Shown here: one piece after another, positions 1 through 13,797 of the stretch | Position numbering within the stretch: the stretch's first letter is position 1 | Layout of the letters: each line of letters starts with the position of its first letter | Source: Octopus sinensis | Taxonomy: Eukaryota | Assembly: GCF_006345805.1 (NCBI RefSeq) | Contig: NC_042997.1 | Span: 1,922,001-1,986,000, forward strand | Length of the DNA: 64,000 nucleotides | Direction: 5' to 3' | Made by a program: the position numbers and the translations under genes | The notes under the pieces: generated by a model | Database searches by the model: none | The model's input: only the letters and a program-made list of their open reading frames with translations | What the model was told of the DNA's origin: nothing

Positions 1-590
1 GGAAGGTCTGTACAGCTCGATGAGTACGCCATGGAAAATCTGTAAAAGTCATTGTAACTGTTAAAGTACTAGCTGAGAAGCCTTGATTTGGACATTCAAC
101 CATTCATCGACACCTGTCTGCCATTGTAAAATCAGCAAATTGGGTCAATGGGTCCCTCAAAAACTTCCTGAGTCTAATCGCACGCAGAGAGTGAATGGGT
201 TCTCTTCTTGTGCTTCACGAATGAACTTGTTTTGGGCCGAATAGTGACTGGTGATAAATATGTCAAGCGTCAAAACAGTGGGTAAGGATAGGAGAAACGT
301 CGCCTCCCCAGGCTAAAGAAGGTCTTCATCCACGTAGATTGTTGTTATTTGTTTGGTGAGATTGAATGGTTTAGTTCAGTATGAACGTTTAAACCTATAC
401 CAAACAATAACAAATGAAATCTACTACGAGCAGCTTGAACAAGTTAAATCAGCGTTAGAAGAAAAAAGGCCATCTTTGGTTCCAAAACGAAAGGCGTTCT
501 TCCATCAGGATAATTCTCGGTCACATACAGTGAGAATGACATTCCAAAAGCTGGAGCAGTGTGAATGGGAAATGATGCCCCACCCACCAC
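1..590 (+). mobile_element. Degraded mariner-family transposase fragment
   Basis: Translates in broken frames to LGQWVP.KL, IVTGD, FFHQDNSRSH and WEMMPHPP (mariner WVPHEL / HDNARPH / WEVLPHPPYSPDL motifs); truncated by a (CA)n tract. Confidence 0.85.
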
Positions 591-664
591 GGACACACGC
601 ACACATGCACGCACATACGCGTGCACACACACACATATATGTATATATTTTTTGGAAATAGCCT

Positions 665-835
665 CAAACAAAATGAAATGAAAGATCCTTGCGCAACCAG
701 GTCCTTATGTAATCGGGAGCAGATTTTGTAAGCTTTGTTTGGCAGAGAGGACAAGAATCCTAAATAACTCGCTTGACCCGAGTATTTGTATAAACTCGAA
801 GATTTTTCAGTGCCGTTATCTTGAACGTGCACTCT
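665..835 (+). mobile_element. Penelope-like element, C-terminal GIY-YIG remnant
   Basis: Translates KILAQPGPYVIGSRFCKLCLAERTRILNN..INSK, matching the W.IL...PY......C.LCL.EK..IL....LN tail of some PLE endonucleases. Confidence 0.55.
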
Positions 836-3800
836 TACAAACTTGAATCTCCCCTCTCACCCACCAGATGGTTGATAAAACATCTACATCACCCTCTTAG
901 AACAGAACCACAGACGGAGCCGAAATGTTGTATAAATCAACATTAGCAGCATATTAGAACACCATCACAGCTGGAACCGTACTTGCAATCTTCGAATCAC
1001 AAAATATCGAATAAAGCAGCTAAACCAACAGCATCTTAGGACACCACCCTGACCCGAAATGTTGTGTCAAAAAATAAAACAATGTGAGAATCTTATAGAA
1101 TACCACGGCGAAGGTAATGTAGGCGATATAACCCAATACTGCCTATAGTAACAAAACACGAACATTTTGTATGAGTATATTTTTTGTTTACTAAGTAACT
1201 GTGATGTTCTCTATCTCCATTGAATTTAGACGTTGTGTGCCATTGGTCATTTGAGTCTGAAAAGTCAGTTACAGAGCTTAGCGCTTTATAAGTGCGAAAG
1301 CAATGGCCACTCTCTGACCGACCAGAACAATCAAACTTAATAATATATGTGTTTGTGGACAACATTGAGCTTAAATTCTTAGAGAGGCTGAATGCATATT
1401 TTTCATGGCACTCTCCGATTAATAATTTATATCCATTCACACACACAGTCTGGTGCTAGAGAATTAGATCTCACGGGAAAATGACTGTATATAGATTAAT
1501 TGAAATGAAGCTAGATATATGTCCTCTCTATGTACTTTCATTCTGAATCAACCATAATTTCTTGAGAAGCTATTCTGGTACACAAGTGAGTCGACAAATA
1601 GTTGTTATATATGTCTTTTTTCTCCCCACCTATATTCACAGAGATACACGCACATATATAATTATCACACGGGAATCAACAAAGCGATTAGTTAAACATA
1701 TTCAAATATCTCAGAAATACATCCTTAAAATTAGTTCCGGAAACGCTACCGAAGAGACATAAAGTTATTCGTAAATATGACCTCAAGGTTTTAGAATGGA
1801 ACAAGTACCTCCTTGATTTGTAAGCCATTGTTTTCAGGTTAATTGGACTTATAAGATCGAAATGGAAGAGAGACATATAACCCAATTTACACAAGTGCAC
1901 TGTGTTCGCGTTGAAGGTTGGTAAGGTGCGAATGTGGGGGTTATCACCAATTTAACATAATTAAGCAGTGAAGTAGCTGCTTTTGTTAACACTATGTAAC
2001 AAAAGCCAGTGTATATAGCTGAATGTGGGTTTGTGTGAGCTTGTATGCGTGTATGTGTGTGCATGTGTATATGGTATCGAATACAAATATACATATCTTT
2101 CAGAATATGCATCTGTATATATATTGTTGTTGCAATGAATGTGCTTGTATTCTTTTTCTATCTTGCAGTATTTCCGTGAAATAAACACTAATGATATATT
2201 TTCGGAAAATATAATAACATTATGGAAAGTAAAGCTTAGTAGTGATGTTAGAATATTTGTTGAACAATAAATATATAAATAAAATGCGAAATATCAATGA
2301 CTTATAAACAAATGATTATTATTTTCTCTACACCGACTGCTAAACTTTTCGTCGTGTATGTGCAACTAATAGATATGAGGAAAATGATATTTGAGGATTT
2401 TAGCATTCAAATAAAGGATACTAAATTTCCAGCGTTTTTATCTCATCTGGGGTAAACGGTAAAATACCAGGTTAAAGAACAAGAAATATGTATAAACTAG
2501 TGTGCGTTACTAAATATTTGGTCAGAAATAGTCAGAAGAGATGAAATAAAGCGAATAGTGCTGAGGAAATTATATGTTATCAGTTAGTGAGTGTAAGCCA
2601 GATAGTGGCGGCAGAAGAAGAAAGAGGTAACAAATTTTAATGGGTGAAATGTAATTTTGTATTTAGAAACGAAATTTAAAAAGTGAGATATCGGCAAATT
2701 GTTACTCTTATTATGTACACCATTTCATGAGATTAACCATGACCGCTTCCTTTAAAAAGAGGTGGGCCTGAACATGTTTAGAACATCCAGGTTTTGAGAT
2801 TATAAAGCAGCTTCGAAATGGTACTTTTACGTAAGGCATACTCCAGCTCGCCATATTCAGTTTTCCGTTTATCAGATGTTGCACAATGCCGTAATGGAGT
2901 GCCTCCAATTATTCAGATTTACTGCTGAATATTTCTGATCATGAGCGTCAGTGTTGATGATCTGTGTGAGTTTCGGTGATGAATGCAGTGTATGTTAAAC
3001 CATCATGCCTTTGTTTGTGTTTGGCATTTGATTTTTAATATGCGCCTCAAATCTGTTTGTGAAATCTTTCCATCAAATTTTACTGTATCTTGTCTATCAC
3101 TTGGACGAGTATAGAAGGACAGACCTAGAATTTGAATTTAATATATATATTACTACCACAACTTGAACGCAGCTTCTTTTACATTTTACAAAAGGTAATG
3201 CAAAGAGCTTGAACGCACGAGATATTTTCAAACGTACCTCATTTAAACTTGTGACAATATACTTTCCTACTATAAGAATGCATTCTAACTTGAATTTACT
3301 TGAAAATATATCTGGTTAAATGTAGCGAACACCTGATACAAAACGGAAATTTTCCTGTGACAAATGAGTAGTCAAGTGAAAACTACAGCTGAGAATACAC
3401 CCATTGTGTGCTGCATGTGGTTTTCCTTATTAGCAGTAAAGTCATCATAATCATCCCTATAATGCAGTTCTCAAGCCAAAGGTTTCAATAGTTTAGATTT
3501 AAAACTTCTTCAGATAAAAAATTAAAAAATAGATTGCATTTTTCTTATTATTTCAAACTCCAAGTGGATATTCTGTCATGTACTTTAAAAAACACATGAC
3601 AGTACTGAATTAGGGCTAAAATATTGTCCTCTTCAACTAAACTGTACATAGGTTATTTTCTTGGGATGTCTGCAGGTTAATATGTATCGAGTATTTATAC
3701 TAAGACGTAGGTCTTCAAACATGTTCAGGAACGGATGTGGAACACATTATTTTCAAAAGGAATGACTCCATAACAGCTAACAGTGTTAGAGTTTGTTTAA

Positions 3801-4578
3801 CCAGTTAACCGCTGACATACACAATGAATTAATGATAGATACAATTTCCTAAAATTTACCTCTGTGACGACAAGTACATGATGAGCTTTTGTAGCACTGA
3901 ATTAAAACATGCCGAAGGATATCAAGAAATTTCTAACGCGTGAAATATTACGTTCTACTTTAAGGGATTAACTTTCGTGTATTTATGTGAAAATTACATC
4001 AATCTAGTCTTCATGTATAGGAATACCTTTCAAATAATTGTCAGATTAAAATATTACATTAAGCTCTATCTGTTACCTTGCTGGTACTAATTTGATAGCT
4101 CGCATCAAAAAAAGTTAATTAGTTATAGGCACTCAACATATATAAGGAGGTATGTCTAGTTGTGGATTCACAAAACCCGACTTGGTCTCCCAATGAAGTA
4201 TTGAGAGAATAAGGAAAATGTTCATTCTAGTACTGCAGTGTTCTTAGAGCTTACTTCGTTGAAAGAAGGCCAACGTGAAAGAGCGCTTAATTAATGACCT
4301 CTACGTTACTCACTTATACTTTGTACACCTATCCTGGAATTTGCGCTTCGGAAATATTATAGAAAGTGTTTTAACATAAAGTACATGTATGAATAGCCAA
4401 GTGCGGATCTTTTCCCTAAGCTGGGTCGTATTATCTGCATATATTGCAAAAATATCAGGTACTGGCACTTCTGCACCGAGTTTGACATTCACTTAATATC
4501 ATTTGTGTGTACATATTATTCCGACCTAAGAAGGTGCCTTAATTTAAGTACCTAATTCTACTGAATTTTAATTGTATC

Positions 4579-4614
4579 ATATATATATATAATATATATA
4601 TATATATATTATAT

Positions 4615-4665
<51 letters not shown>
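4579..4665. repeat. (AT)n microsatellite, representative of many such tracts
   Basis: Seen directly; similar tracts at ~6435, 10803, 13305, 16307, 26641, 28265, 29528, 30725, 31310, 37063, 57160. Confidence 0.95.
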
Positions 4666-4667
<2 letters not shown>

Positions 4668-5109
4668 GAGCAGTTAGATGCAAGTAAAGGTGATGGGGTT
4701 TGTACTCGTATACTAAAGTTGGAGTAACAATTTGAAAATCTTTTCAAACTCAATAAAACTTGTATGCGTATATGCGTATATATAGTTGATTTTGAAAGAG
4801 TGATGCTCAATTTGTTTTCAGTCCCTTATTAACAGATGACACTAGCGCTATGATAGATTATTATTTGTTTTTCTACGTAAGATACCGAGTGAACATCGGA
4901 CATTATTTGTGAAACAATTGTTCCACATTCTAAGTAAAGGCACTGGTACTGCTCACCCTAAACACAGTTACTCCAAGAAAATCCATTTTCCTTTACTATT
5001 TTAGTTGAACAATCGTATTTTCTGTGATAGTCATTACAGGCAGAATAGTGTCTGGATTGATTCCAATTTTGATATTTCAGTCAAAATTTAAAATAATTTG
5101 ATATCGATT

Positions 5110-5330
5110 TCAAATTTTTGCACAAGACCGGCAATTTCGGTGGGGAGAGGTGTAGGATAAGTCGATTACATTGCCTCCAGTGCCAAAATGATACTTATTT
5201 TATCCACCCCGAAAGAGTAAAAAGACAAAGTTGACATCGGTGGAATTTTAACTGAGGACATGAAGACGGACGCAATGCCGCTAAGCATTTTGCAAGGCGC
5301 TGAAAGGATTCAACCTGCTGGCCGGCTTTA
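5110..5330 (-). mobile_element. tRNA-derived SINE (family with gtcgatt..tacttattt..ccccgaaag..aaagtcgacctcggcgg core), diverged
   Basis: Aligns by eye with copies at 24453-24645 and 9550-9728. Confidence 0.7.
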
Positions 5331-6043
5331 AATACCATTCAATATCACTTGTCATGGCTATTCCGGAATTCTGATTATTCAGTAACGCTGTCTACATATT
5401 CTAATTATTTCACAATCAGTGTCTCGGTTGTTGATAATTATTAATCAATAATGAATGATTAGTCCTTATTATATCGACAATCAATAGTAACGAAGTTGCA
5501 GAACATTTAACACATAGTGATTTCCAACATATTCTACGGCTTTTTATGTTCTGAGATTAAATCGTAAAAGTTACCTTCCATGGCTTTGGGCTGGAAAAAT
5601 GATTCACCTGTAAAGTATTGGAGTAGGTGCAATAGACTAAACCCTCTTAGTATCTAGTCCATTTTGAAACATGGGTATGGCCCCCATCACATCTAATGAG
5701 GAGTTTCACCATCAATATTATTAATGATTGTTTATTAACTACCAAAACAATGGAAACGAAATAATACAAATATCAATTTATGTTCCCTGGTTATTCTTTA
5801 ATTTATGTGGTTAGTTCTACTGCATAATAGATCTTAATGAATTCTGTCTGTCCACAGGCTGCACCACACTGCAGCGTAGCTCCTATTCTAGTCGGTCGTG
5901 GAAAGGTTGATACTCATTTCCATTTTAGATAACTCGACAAGATTTCTTCACATGAAAACATCTAATGCAGTGTTTAGCGACGTTTTTCACTCTTCAACAT
6001 TAGCGAGTGTGCATCGATATGTGTATATATACATATATGCGCG

Positions 6044-6078
<35 letters not shown>

Positions 6079-6156
6079 TGTGTGTGCGTGTATGTGTGTG
6101 TACATATAAATATATATATATACGTAACTGTATGTCGGTATGTGCGTGTGTGTATG

Positions 6157-6433
6157 TGAGGGCGTATGGCTTAGTGGTTATTGTGCCGCATCCACCATCA
6201 CCAGATCATGATTTCAATGCCTAAACTGGGTGGTGTGTTGTGATCTAGAGCAAAACACTTCATTTCAAGGTGGTCTCTAATCACTTCGACACCTGACGGG
6301 TACACCTGTTCAAATAACGTCGATTTGATGGAGAGAATGAGCTAATGTGCAGCACCAACTTTTGACCACTAGAAACATATCATTTGTGTAGGACGTTAGG
6401 CAAGAGCTGAATGCGCATACGTCAACTTCGACG
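6157..6433 (+). mobile_element. tRNA-derived CORE-like SINE, diverged
   Basis: A-box tggcttagtgg; gtgttgtgatctagagcaaaacacttcatttca shared with the SINE at 55478. Confidence 0.65.
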
Positions 6434-6441
6434 TTATATAT

Positions 6442-6484
<43 letters not shown>

Positions 6485-6521
6485 TTACATACATACATAT
6501 ATATATATATATATGTGTGTG

Positions 6522-6935
6522 TATGCTAAAATTGTAAATCGACCGGCATGCAATATGCAAATAATATGCAGTTTGATGCTGAGAAGTTTCAAGCATTCAA
6601 CTATCGGACCACAATCAGTGTACTATTGGAATATATGGGACCAGGGTGTAGTGCAATCTCGCAGTCAGAACCAGTCCGTATGAGTAATGATGAAACATTC
6701 TAAGCGTACATTTCCAAGATGACTACACTGTGCATGAGAAAGGCTGGATAGCTTCCATGATAATTCAGAACTAGAAACGTCGATACTATACTGATCCTCT
6801 GGGGAGCGATTGTTCTTTGCAGTCTTGATTACTGCTTCTATCCGCGATTGTCGAAAGCGTTAAACAAGTGGTGGAATCGAGTCTTTACACAAATAAGACT
6901 GATTCCGTGAAACAATTGAACTACCGGGAAAAGGC
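6522..6935 (-). mobile_element. ~370-bp SINE-like repeat, copy A
   Basis: Diverged direct-repeat homolog of 8078-8460; the minus strand starts with a degenerate tRNA-like head (tagttcaattg...ctcgattcc). Confidence 0.6.
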
Positions 6936-8077
6936 GTGAAAGTTAAGCTGTGATATACATATAAAAGATCTTCGAATTGAGAACTATAAAAACAACCGAC
7001 CTACACGGTACTGCATAATACAAGTGATTCCATCTTCTCCATTTCGAATAAGGACCCAATACAGCAATAAGCGTTAGATTCAGGGGTCCACAACAATTAA
7101 ACACAGAGAAACACATACATATATACACACACACACATATATAAGTGTATGTGTGTGTGCGCGTATGTTTTCTAGTCAATTATGCAGTACCCTAAATTTG
7201 ATTTACATGTCTCCCACGCACCACCCTCATAGACATTTAGCAATTGCATTATTGAAGGCCCGCTCATTGACGTGGTCTGAAGCTAACGTTATTTTGCTAC
7301 GTTACTATGGTTTTTGTGTGCAATGATTGTGCGAGGACGATTTGGAAAAATGATAACGATTTATCAGTTATAAGCTTGTGTATGTACATGCTTTATAAAT
7401 AGTGTTTGTGATGGCGAGTTTACTGAACATTTGCGTAGATTGTGCTTAAGTAATATTCTCTGATTGCGAGTGAAGCAGTTTAAAAATCAGAGACAAGAGA
7501 ATATGACAATTGTGATATATATACATTTGAAGAATTATGAAATAGACTGAAATTTACCTGACTGAGAGCGAAGGAAGAGAATGGCTATATAGAGAGAACG
7601 TCGGAAGGATGATTTGTATTTAGATAAAGTAAATTTTAAGTGTCGTGTGTCCAGAGAAATATGGAAATAGATATGTTTTTCGAAAAGTGAGAGAAATTGA
7701 GGGACAGAAAGAAAATTTAAACACACAAGATGATAACAAATGTTAAATATAAAACGAAATGCAGACACTTGTCTACAATTTATAGAGAGTTGTAATTAAG
7801 GGATTCGCAGAGATTGAAGTTGTTGAAGCGGGGTATGATTATTTATATGCATAGAAAAGAAATGGAAAATGTATTCGACTAAGGGAGTCAAGTATATAAT
7901 ATATTAGTAATAAACACACAAACATGTGTACTCATATTTCGTGAATATAATTTTATTGCTAATGTATTTGATTGAGCAAGAAAATTCCACGTTCTATCTG
8001 ATACGTTAATTTCAATGCAGTTATATTCATTTCCTGTTTATTTCTAAGGAATTTTTAAAACTGTTCGAAGGAACGAA

Positions 8078-8460
8078 TATATATATATGCTAAAATTGTA
8101 AATCGACCTGCATGCAATATGCAAATAACATGCAGTTTGCTGCTGAGAAGTTTCAAGCATTCAACAATCGGCCCACGAACAGTCTACAATCGGCATATAT
8201 AGGACCAGGTTGTAGTGCAATATCACAGTCAGAATTAGTCCGTGCACTGTGAGTCAGCATGAGTAATGATGAAACATTCCAAGCACACATTTCCAAGATG
8301 CCAACGCTGTACCTGTGAGAGGCTGGATAGATTCCATGATCATTCAGAATCAGAAAAGCGGATACCATACTGATCTTATGTAGAGCGATCGTTCTCTGTC
8401 GTCTTGACGACGGCTTTTAACTGCAATTGTCGAAAGCGTCAAACAAGTGGTGGGATTCGA
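8078..8460 (-). mobile_element. ~370-bp SINE-like repeat, copy B (5'-truncated at B-box, long TSD)
   Basis: Minus strand starts tcgaatccc and ends in (AT)n; flanked by diverged ~35-bp direct repeats at ~8047-8082 and ~8461-8496. Confidence 0.65.
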
Positions 8461-9056
8461 AGAAATGTTCAAAACTGTTCGGAGAAACGAATATATCTTG
8501 ACTTAATTCCACTGTCTCTCAAGAATAAACCAATATTCCGAAAGTGAAACATAATAACAGAATCTATTTAAAATGACTGGTGTTGGCTTTATGTTTCTAA
8601 TCACGGTTTCCATGGACAATAGAACTGAACATGTTGATGAGATAAAATATGCTGTCTGAGAAAACTAAATTTTACGGTATAATGCACCTTGTAATTTGCT
8701 AGAGATTTTGAGACATGCTGTTTGTAATAGCTTACTCTTATTCAGGACCACCATTTAGGAAAATTAAACTATCAATCAAATTCAAAGACCTGATGATAAT
8801 TATGACGATACGTGTCAGTGTTTTCTATTGATATTATTGATTGCTAACGTTTACGTATTGCTATACACACCAGGCAAACTAATTATTTTGGTAAATTAAT
8901 AAAAGAGATACATGCTTTAAATATTTCGCAACACTCTACTGTTTTATTTACGTTATCATTTTTCATTAATTCTTGCTGTCATCAAGAATAATTTTCACAT
9001 CATCAATTGACTTGCAAGTGATCACAAACTTTGCATAATCCTATTCACTAATACTA

Positions 9057-9116
9057 CAATAACAACAACAACTACTACTACTACTACTACTACTACTAGA
9101 AGTGCTACTGCTACTG

Positions 9117-9150
<34 letters not shown>
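9057..9150. repeat. (AAC)n/(ACT)n microsatellite
   Basis: Seen directly. Confidence 0.95.
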
Positions 9151-9152
<2 letters not shown>

Positions 9153-9198
9153 GTCGGACAAGTTACCTGCTGCAGTTTTATGTGCACGTTTGGAATAT

Positions 9199-9500
9199 GT
9201 TTGTTCCTTCTCAAGTCATGCCTGGCTCACAGGGCCGGTTTCCTGGTTTCCTAGTTTCCTTGGCGTAGAGGTTCCTCCACCTGAGGGGACGCTGGTCCGT
9301 CGTAGGTGAACTGCAAGAAGCAGGAGGAAAGAGTGAGAGAAAGTTGTGGCGAAAGAGTCAGCAGAAGCTCGCCGTTACCTTCTGCCGGAGCTTCGCGAAG
9401 CTTAGGTGTTTCGGTCATAAACACACACATCGTCTGAGATTCGAACCCGCGATCCCTCGACCGCGAGTCCGCTGTTATAGCACTAGGCCATGAGCCTCCA
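9199..9500 (-). mobile_element. tRNA-derived SINE (octopus OR-like head), full length
   Basis: A-box tggcctagtg, B-box ggttcgaatc; perfect 14-bp TSD cacgtttggaatat at 9185-9198 and 9501-9514. Confidence 0.85.
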
Positions 9501-9549
9501 CACGTTTGGAATATAGCGATGTATATTTTAAAGATCATAATTTCATTGA

Positions 9550-9728
9550 GTACAAATTTTGATACACGACCAGAAAATTCGAGAGAAGCGGCAATTCGAT
9601 TAAAAAGGTGTGAAAGGTGTGAAAGAAAAAATTGACTTCAGGGAAATTTGGACACAGAACGTTAAAACGAGGGAAATGCCGTTAAGCGTTTTGCCTGGAG
9701 GGTTAACGATTCTGCTAGCTTGTCACCT
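9550..9728 (-). mobile_element. Degenerate SINE, same family as 5110 and 24453
   Basis: aaatgccgttaagcgttttgcc..taacgattctgctagct matches the head of the 5110 copy. Confidence 0.5.
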
Positions 9729-9819
9729 GAAATAGAACACAATTATATTAAATTATATCAAACATTAAATCTCTGATATATGAAGGTAACACTTCACGAT
9801 AACAGAGGGTTTTTTTATG

Positions 9820-10799
9820 GTGTCTCCGGTTGCAACGATTTACATATATTTTAGCGCACACGCTTTCACTTCACAAATGAAAACTGCATTCTTTATGATG
9901 CAATGGTTATTAAATTTACGTTCATTTTTTCGCCTGAAGTTACATGCTACATTATATTTTCTCGTTCGATTAACGGAGTTATCATTAGTGCTCACATTCC
10001 TTCTTCCTCCTGCAACAGTATTCTTATTTTCCTCAGGTATGGATTTCCCTGCCAATGGTATTGCGCTGTTTGGACGCGTTCCTGTTATGGAGAAGCTTTT
10101 ATCATTCATATTCGCATCCATTCCCTCGTTGTTTACTTTGTTTTGATCTACGGTTTTCTGTTAGCCCCTCTAGTTTTATCGTATACTGTCGAATGTTAAT
10201 TAATGTATGTATGTAGTATTCCAGTTTGTGCAATGTCGCATATGGTAATTTTACATTTTGACTCTTGATGCTTTTGGTGTTTTTGCTAGATTTGGGGAAA
10301 TACTTGTTCAGCAGAAAAGAATTCCTGAAATATTTTGGATTTTATTTGCTCACTGAAAATTGAGCTAAAACGAATTATTCCATCATTCATTATTTAAACA
10401 TTTTTTAATGGTTCTATTCGGTTTCTCAATATATTTCATTTTATCTGTTTCTACTAGAAGACTGCTATTTCTATGTACATCTAACGCTCCCTTAATTTCC
10501 ACCCTTGCCTGCTGATTCCTGGGTTCTGTTTAGTATTCACCCTTCTTGGTGTTTACGTTCCGTTTTTCTAATTTGGTGCCCATTATACTTCTTGCTTTTT
10601 AGGGTCTGTTATTCTGCGACTATTTATAGTATCGCCTCTAATATTAATAACAATTTCCATATATTGAAGTTGCTCCATTCCAGTTTAAATATGTAATATT
10701 CTATCCTTATACACTGCCCTAGCTAGAGGTATGTTGTGATATTAGGAGTGAATGTTGAATAGCACTTCTTTAGTATATTGGGTTTATGGACTGGTAATA

Positions 10800-10800
<1 letters not shown>
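9820..10800 (-). mobile_element. Penelope-like element remnant (RT thumb, linker and start of GIY-YIG)
   Basis: Broken frames give LLNKYFPKSS..SQNVKLPY, CNFRRKNE..FNNHCIIKNAVFIC (cf. KHFPK..NTVKVSY, CNCR.K..CP....CL...VY). Confidence 0.65.
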
Positions 10801-10871
<71 letters not shown>

Positions 10872-10872
10872 C

Positions 10873-10914
<42 letters not shown>

Positions 10915-10917
<3 letters not shown>

Positions 10918-11300
10918 GGTCCCGGGTTGATTCGGGGTTAACCACAGTAAATAAGGTACTCAATACATAGCAGAGTAAAATTAATTTATTATATAGAAGG
11001 AGCTTCTACAGGACTAGAACTGTTTCATTCAAGAGAAATCTTCAGGAAGCTAGTTAACAAGAATTGTATTGGCATTTATACATTTAGGCAGGTTTAAAGG
11101 GGTGTTGGTGGGGGACTTTTTGGGGGTAGGCATAGCGCAAAATATCATACTTGGGGGAGTGGTCAAGGAGTCAGTGTTAAATTATATAGAAGAATAAAAA
11201 TAAAAAAAATAAAAAAATAAAAAAATGAAAAAATATATATATATTAAAAAAAGGGGAATGGAGTGTTAGGTAAATAAGGAGATTCTCACTTATACCTATG
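10915..11300 (-). mobile_element. PLE-type 3' terminal repeat / non-autonomous HHR element in (AT)n
   Basis: Begins abruptly after (AT)n; contains the HHR at 11001-11051 and the aaggtactc terminal motif; far boundary uncertain. Confidence 0.55.
11001..11051 (-). ncRNA. Type I hammerhead ribozyme
   Basis: Minus strand agcuuc-CUGAAGA-uuucucuugaau-GAAA-cag uucuaguc cug-UA-gaagcu: 6-bp stem I, intact core, stem III cag/cug, GUA cleavage triplet; U-U closes stem II. Confidence 0.72.
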
Positions 11301-11559
11301 CACACATGTATACATACATACACACACATACAAACATATATACATATACATACACACATACATACACACACATATATATACATATATATACAACTTACAC
11401 ATACATATACGCACAGAAAAATATATATACACATACACACACATACTCACATACACGCATACACACACATATCCACACACACACATGCACACACAGCACA
11501 CTAGTCCCTATATACACATATATACACATACACACACATATATACACACACATACATAT

Positions 11560-11605
<46 letters not shown>

Positions 11606-12004
11606 ACCTATGCATACCTACACCTACACACATATATACACATACAAATACAGACCCATTCCCTAATTTTAATTATTATCTTCGTTTATTACTTTTGTTA
11701 TCTTTGGCCGCTTGGTCACAAACATCTTGGCTATGACAGCCAGTCCATTTATCTGTCTACTGGAAAACAAGCACTCATTCACTCGCGCACACTCTTTAGC
11801 ACGTACACTCACTCATTCGTACACTCATACACATACACGCACGCACGCGTTATATTCATACATACATACATCTACATAAATTCACGTATATACACATACG
11901 TACGCGTACCTACAGATTCATGTCTACACTCTTAGAAGGCTAGTCTATATATATACACCAATAAATATAAATACACACACATACATATACACCTACATAC
12001 AAAT

Positions 12005-12036
<32 letters not shown>

Positions 12037-12052
12037 TCACATATATATACAC

Positions 12053-12085
<33 letters not shown>

Positions 12086-12436
12086 TACGCATACACACAC
12101 ATATACATATATATACACACATACACATACATACATATACACACATACACATACATACGTATACATACATACATACATCCATACATCCATACATACATAC
12201 ATACTGTCACATTTTCACCAGACATGATGGTGCCATAATTCCTAAGTGGGTCACCAGAAATGCACCTAGCCAACCCTAACAATATATATATTGGAAGGTT
12301 TGGAGATGATGTACAGGTATTATATATTAGAAGAAATGAGGTAGTCAGAAGATCGGATGGTTCATATTTATAGATATTTATTTATATATTACTTCTTTTA
12401 CATATATATATCATATCATTCAGATCATATCATTCA

Positions 12437-12480
12437 TATTATTAGCGCTTTCTCCCATTCCAGTGGGGTTTTCAAATCAA
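12437..12480 (-). ncRNA. Minimal hammerhead-like motif, U3:A8 variant
   Basis: Minus strand UUGAAAA-c-ccca cuggaa uggg-a-GAAA-gcgc-UA; palindromic stem III (agcgcu); weak stem I. Confidence 0.5.
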
Positions 12481-13141
12481 ATTAATTGCTTTGTGGGGAA
12501 TTTGGTCATTTTATAGAGTTTCGTAGTAGTGGCGAGGAACAAGATAGTATAAGAGGGTGAGGTAGATGAGGAGGAAGTGAGAGAGAGAACATGTGTGTAT
12601 GTGTATGTGTATGTGCGTGTATTTGTATGTGTGTGTGTGTGTGTGCGTGCGTTTGTATCTGAGGCTAAAGAGAAAAAGTGAAAGCGGAAGGAGGAGGGGG
12701 AGAGGGAAGAAGAAGAAGAAGAAGGATTTCCTTTGGCCTGTTGGACGCGCTGGGGAGTTCTAAGAATTTTAGCTCTCTCTCCATTCTGGTGTCACTGAGT
12801 GTGTGTTGGTGGGTAGGCTGGCCAGAAATTACACCTTTTATGATTTGGGGGATGGACAAATGTAATTTGGGGTCATACTTTGTATGATCGTTTTGTGGAG
12901 GTGTGTGTGTGTGTGTCTCTGTGTGTCCGTGTGTGTTTGTGTGCGTGTGTGTGTGTGTCTCTGTGTGTTTGGAGAAGGGGAGAGAGACAAAAAGAGAAAA
13001 GGGAATATAAAAATAAAAATAAAAATAAAAATAAAAAATAAAAAATAAATAAAAATAAGGGAGGAAATGGAGAAGTAAAAAATATTTTTGTATGTTGATA
13101 TTTATACCACTACATATATATACACACACATACTTATACCT

Positions 13142-13782
<641 letters not shown>

Positions 13783-13797
13783 ATGTTGAGTAAAGTT

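Noticed and set aside
1093-1446. 117-aa minus-strand ORF
   Set aside because: No recognisable motif or convincing splice context
3470-3515. CUGAAGA...GAAA on the minus strand
   Set aside because: Extra bases before GAAA, no U16.1 and no good stem I
2990-4437. Two possible minus-strand exons (~4314-4435 and one starting at ~3125)
   Set aside because: Joining them gives an early stop and no recognisable protein; such signals are expected by chance
8785-8822. CTGATGA...GATAcgtgTC hammerhead-like string
   Set aside because: GAAA mutated and stems poor; at best a fossil
11177-12282. Cluster of Y/I/H/T/C/V-rich ORFs (also 26443-27037, 30517-31439, 61404-62857)
   Set aside because: Translations of (AT)n/(CA)n/(ATAC)n microsatellites, which lack stop codons
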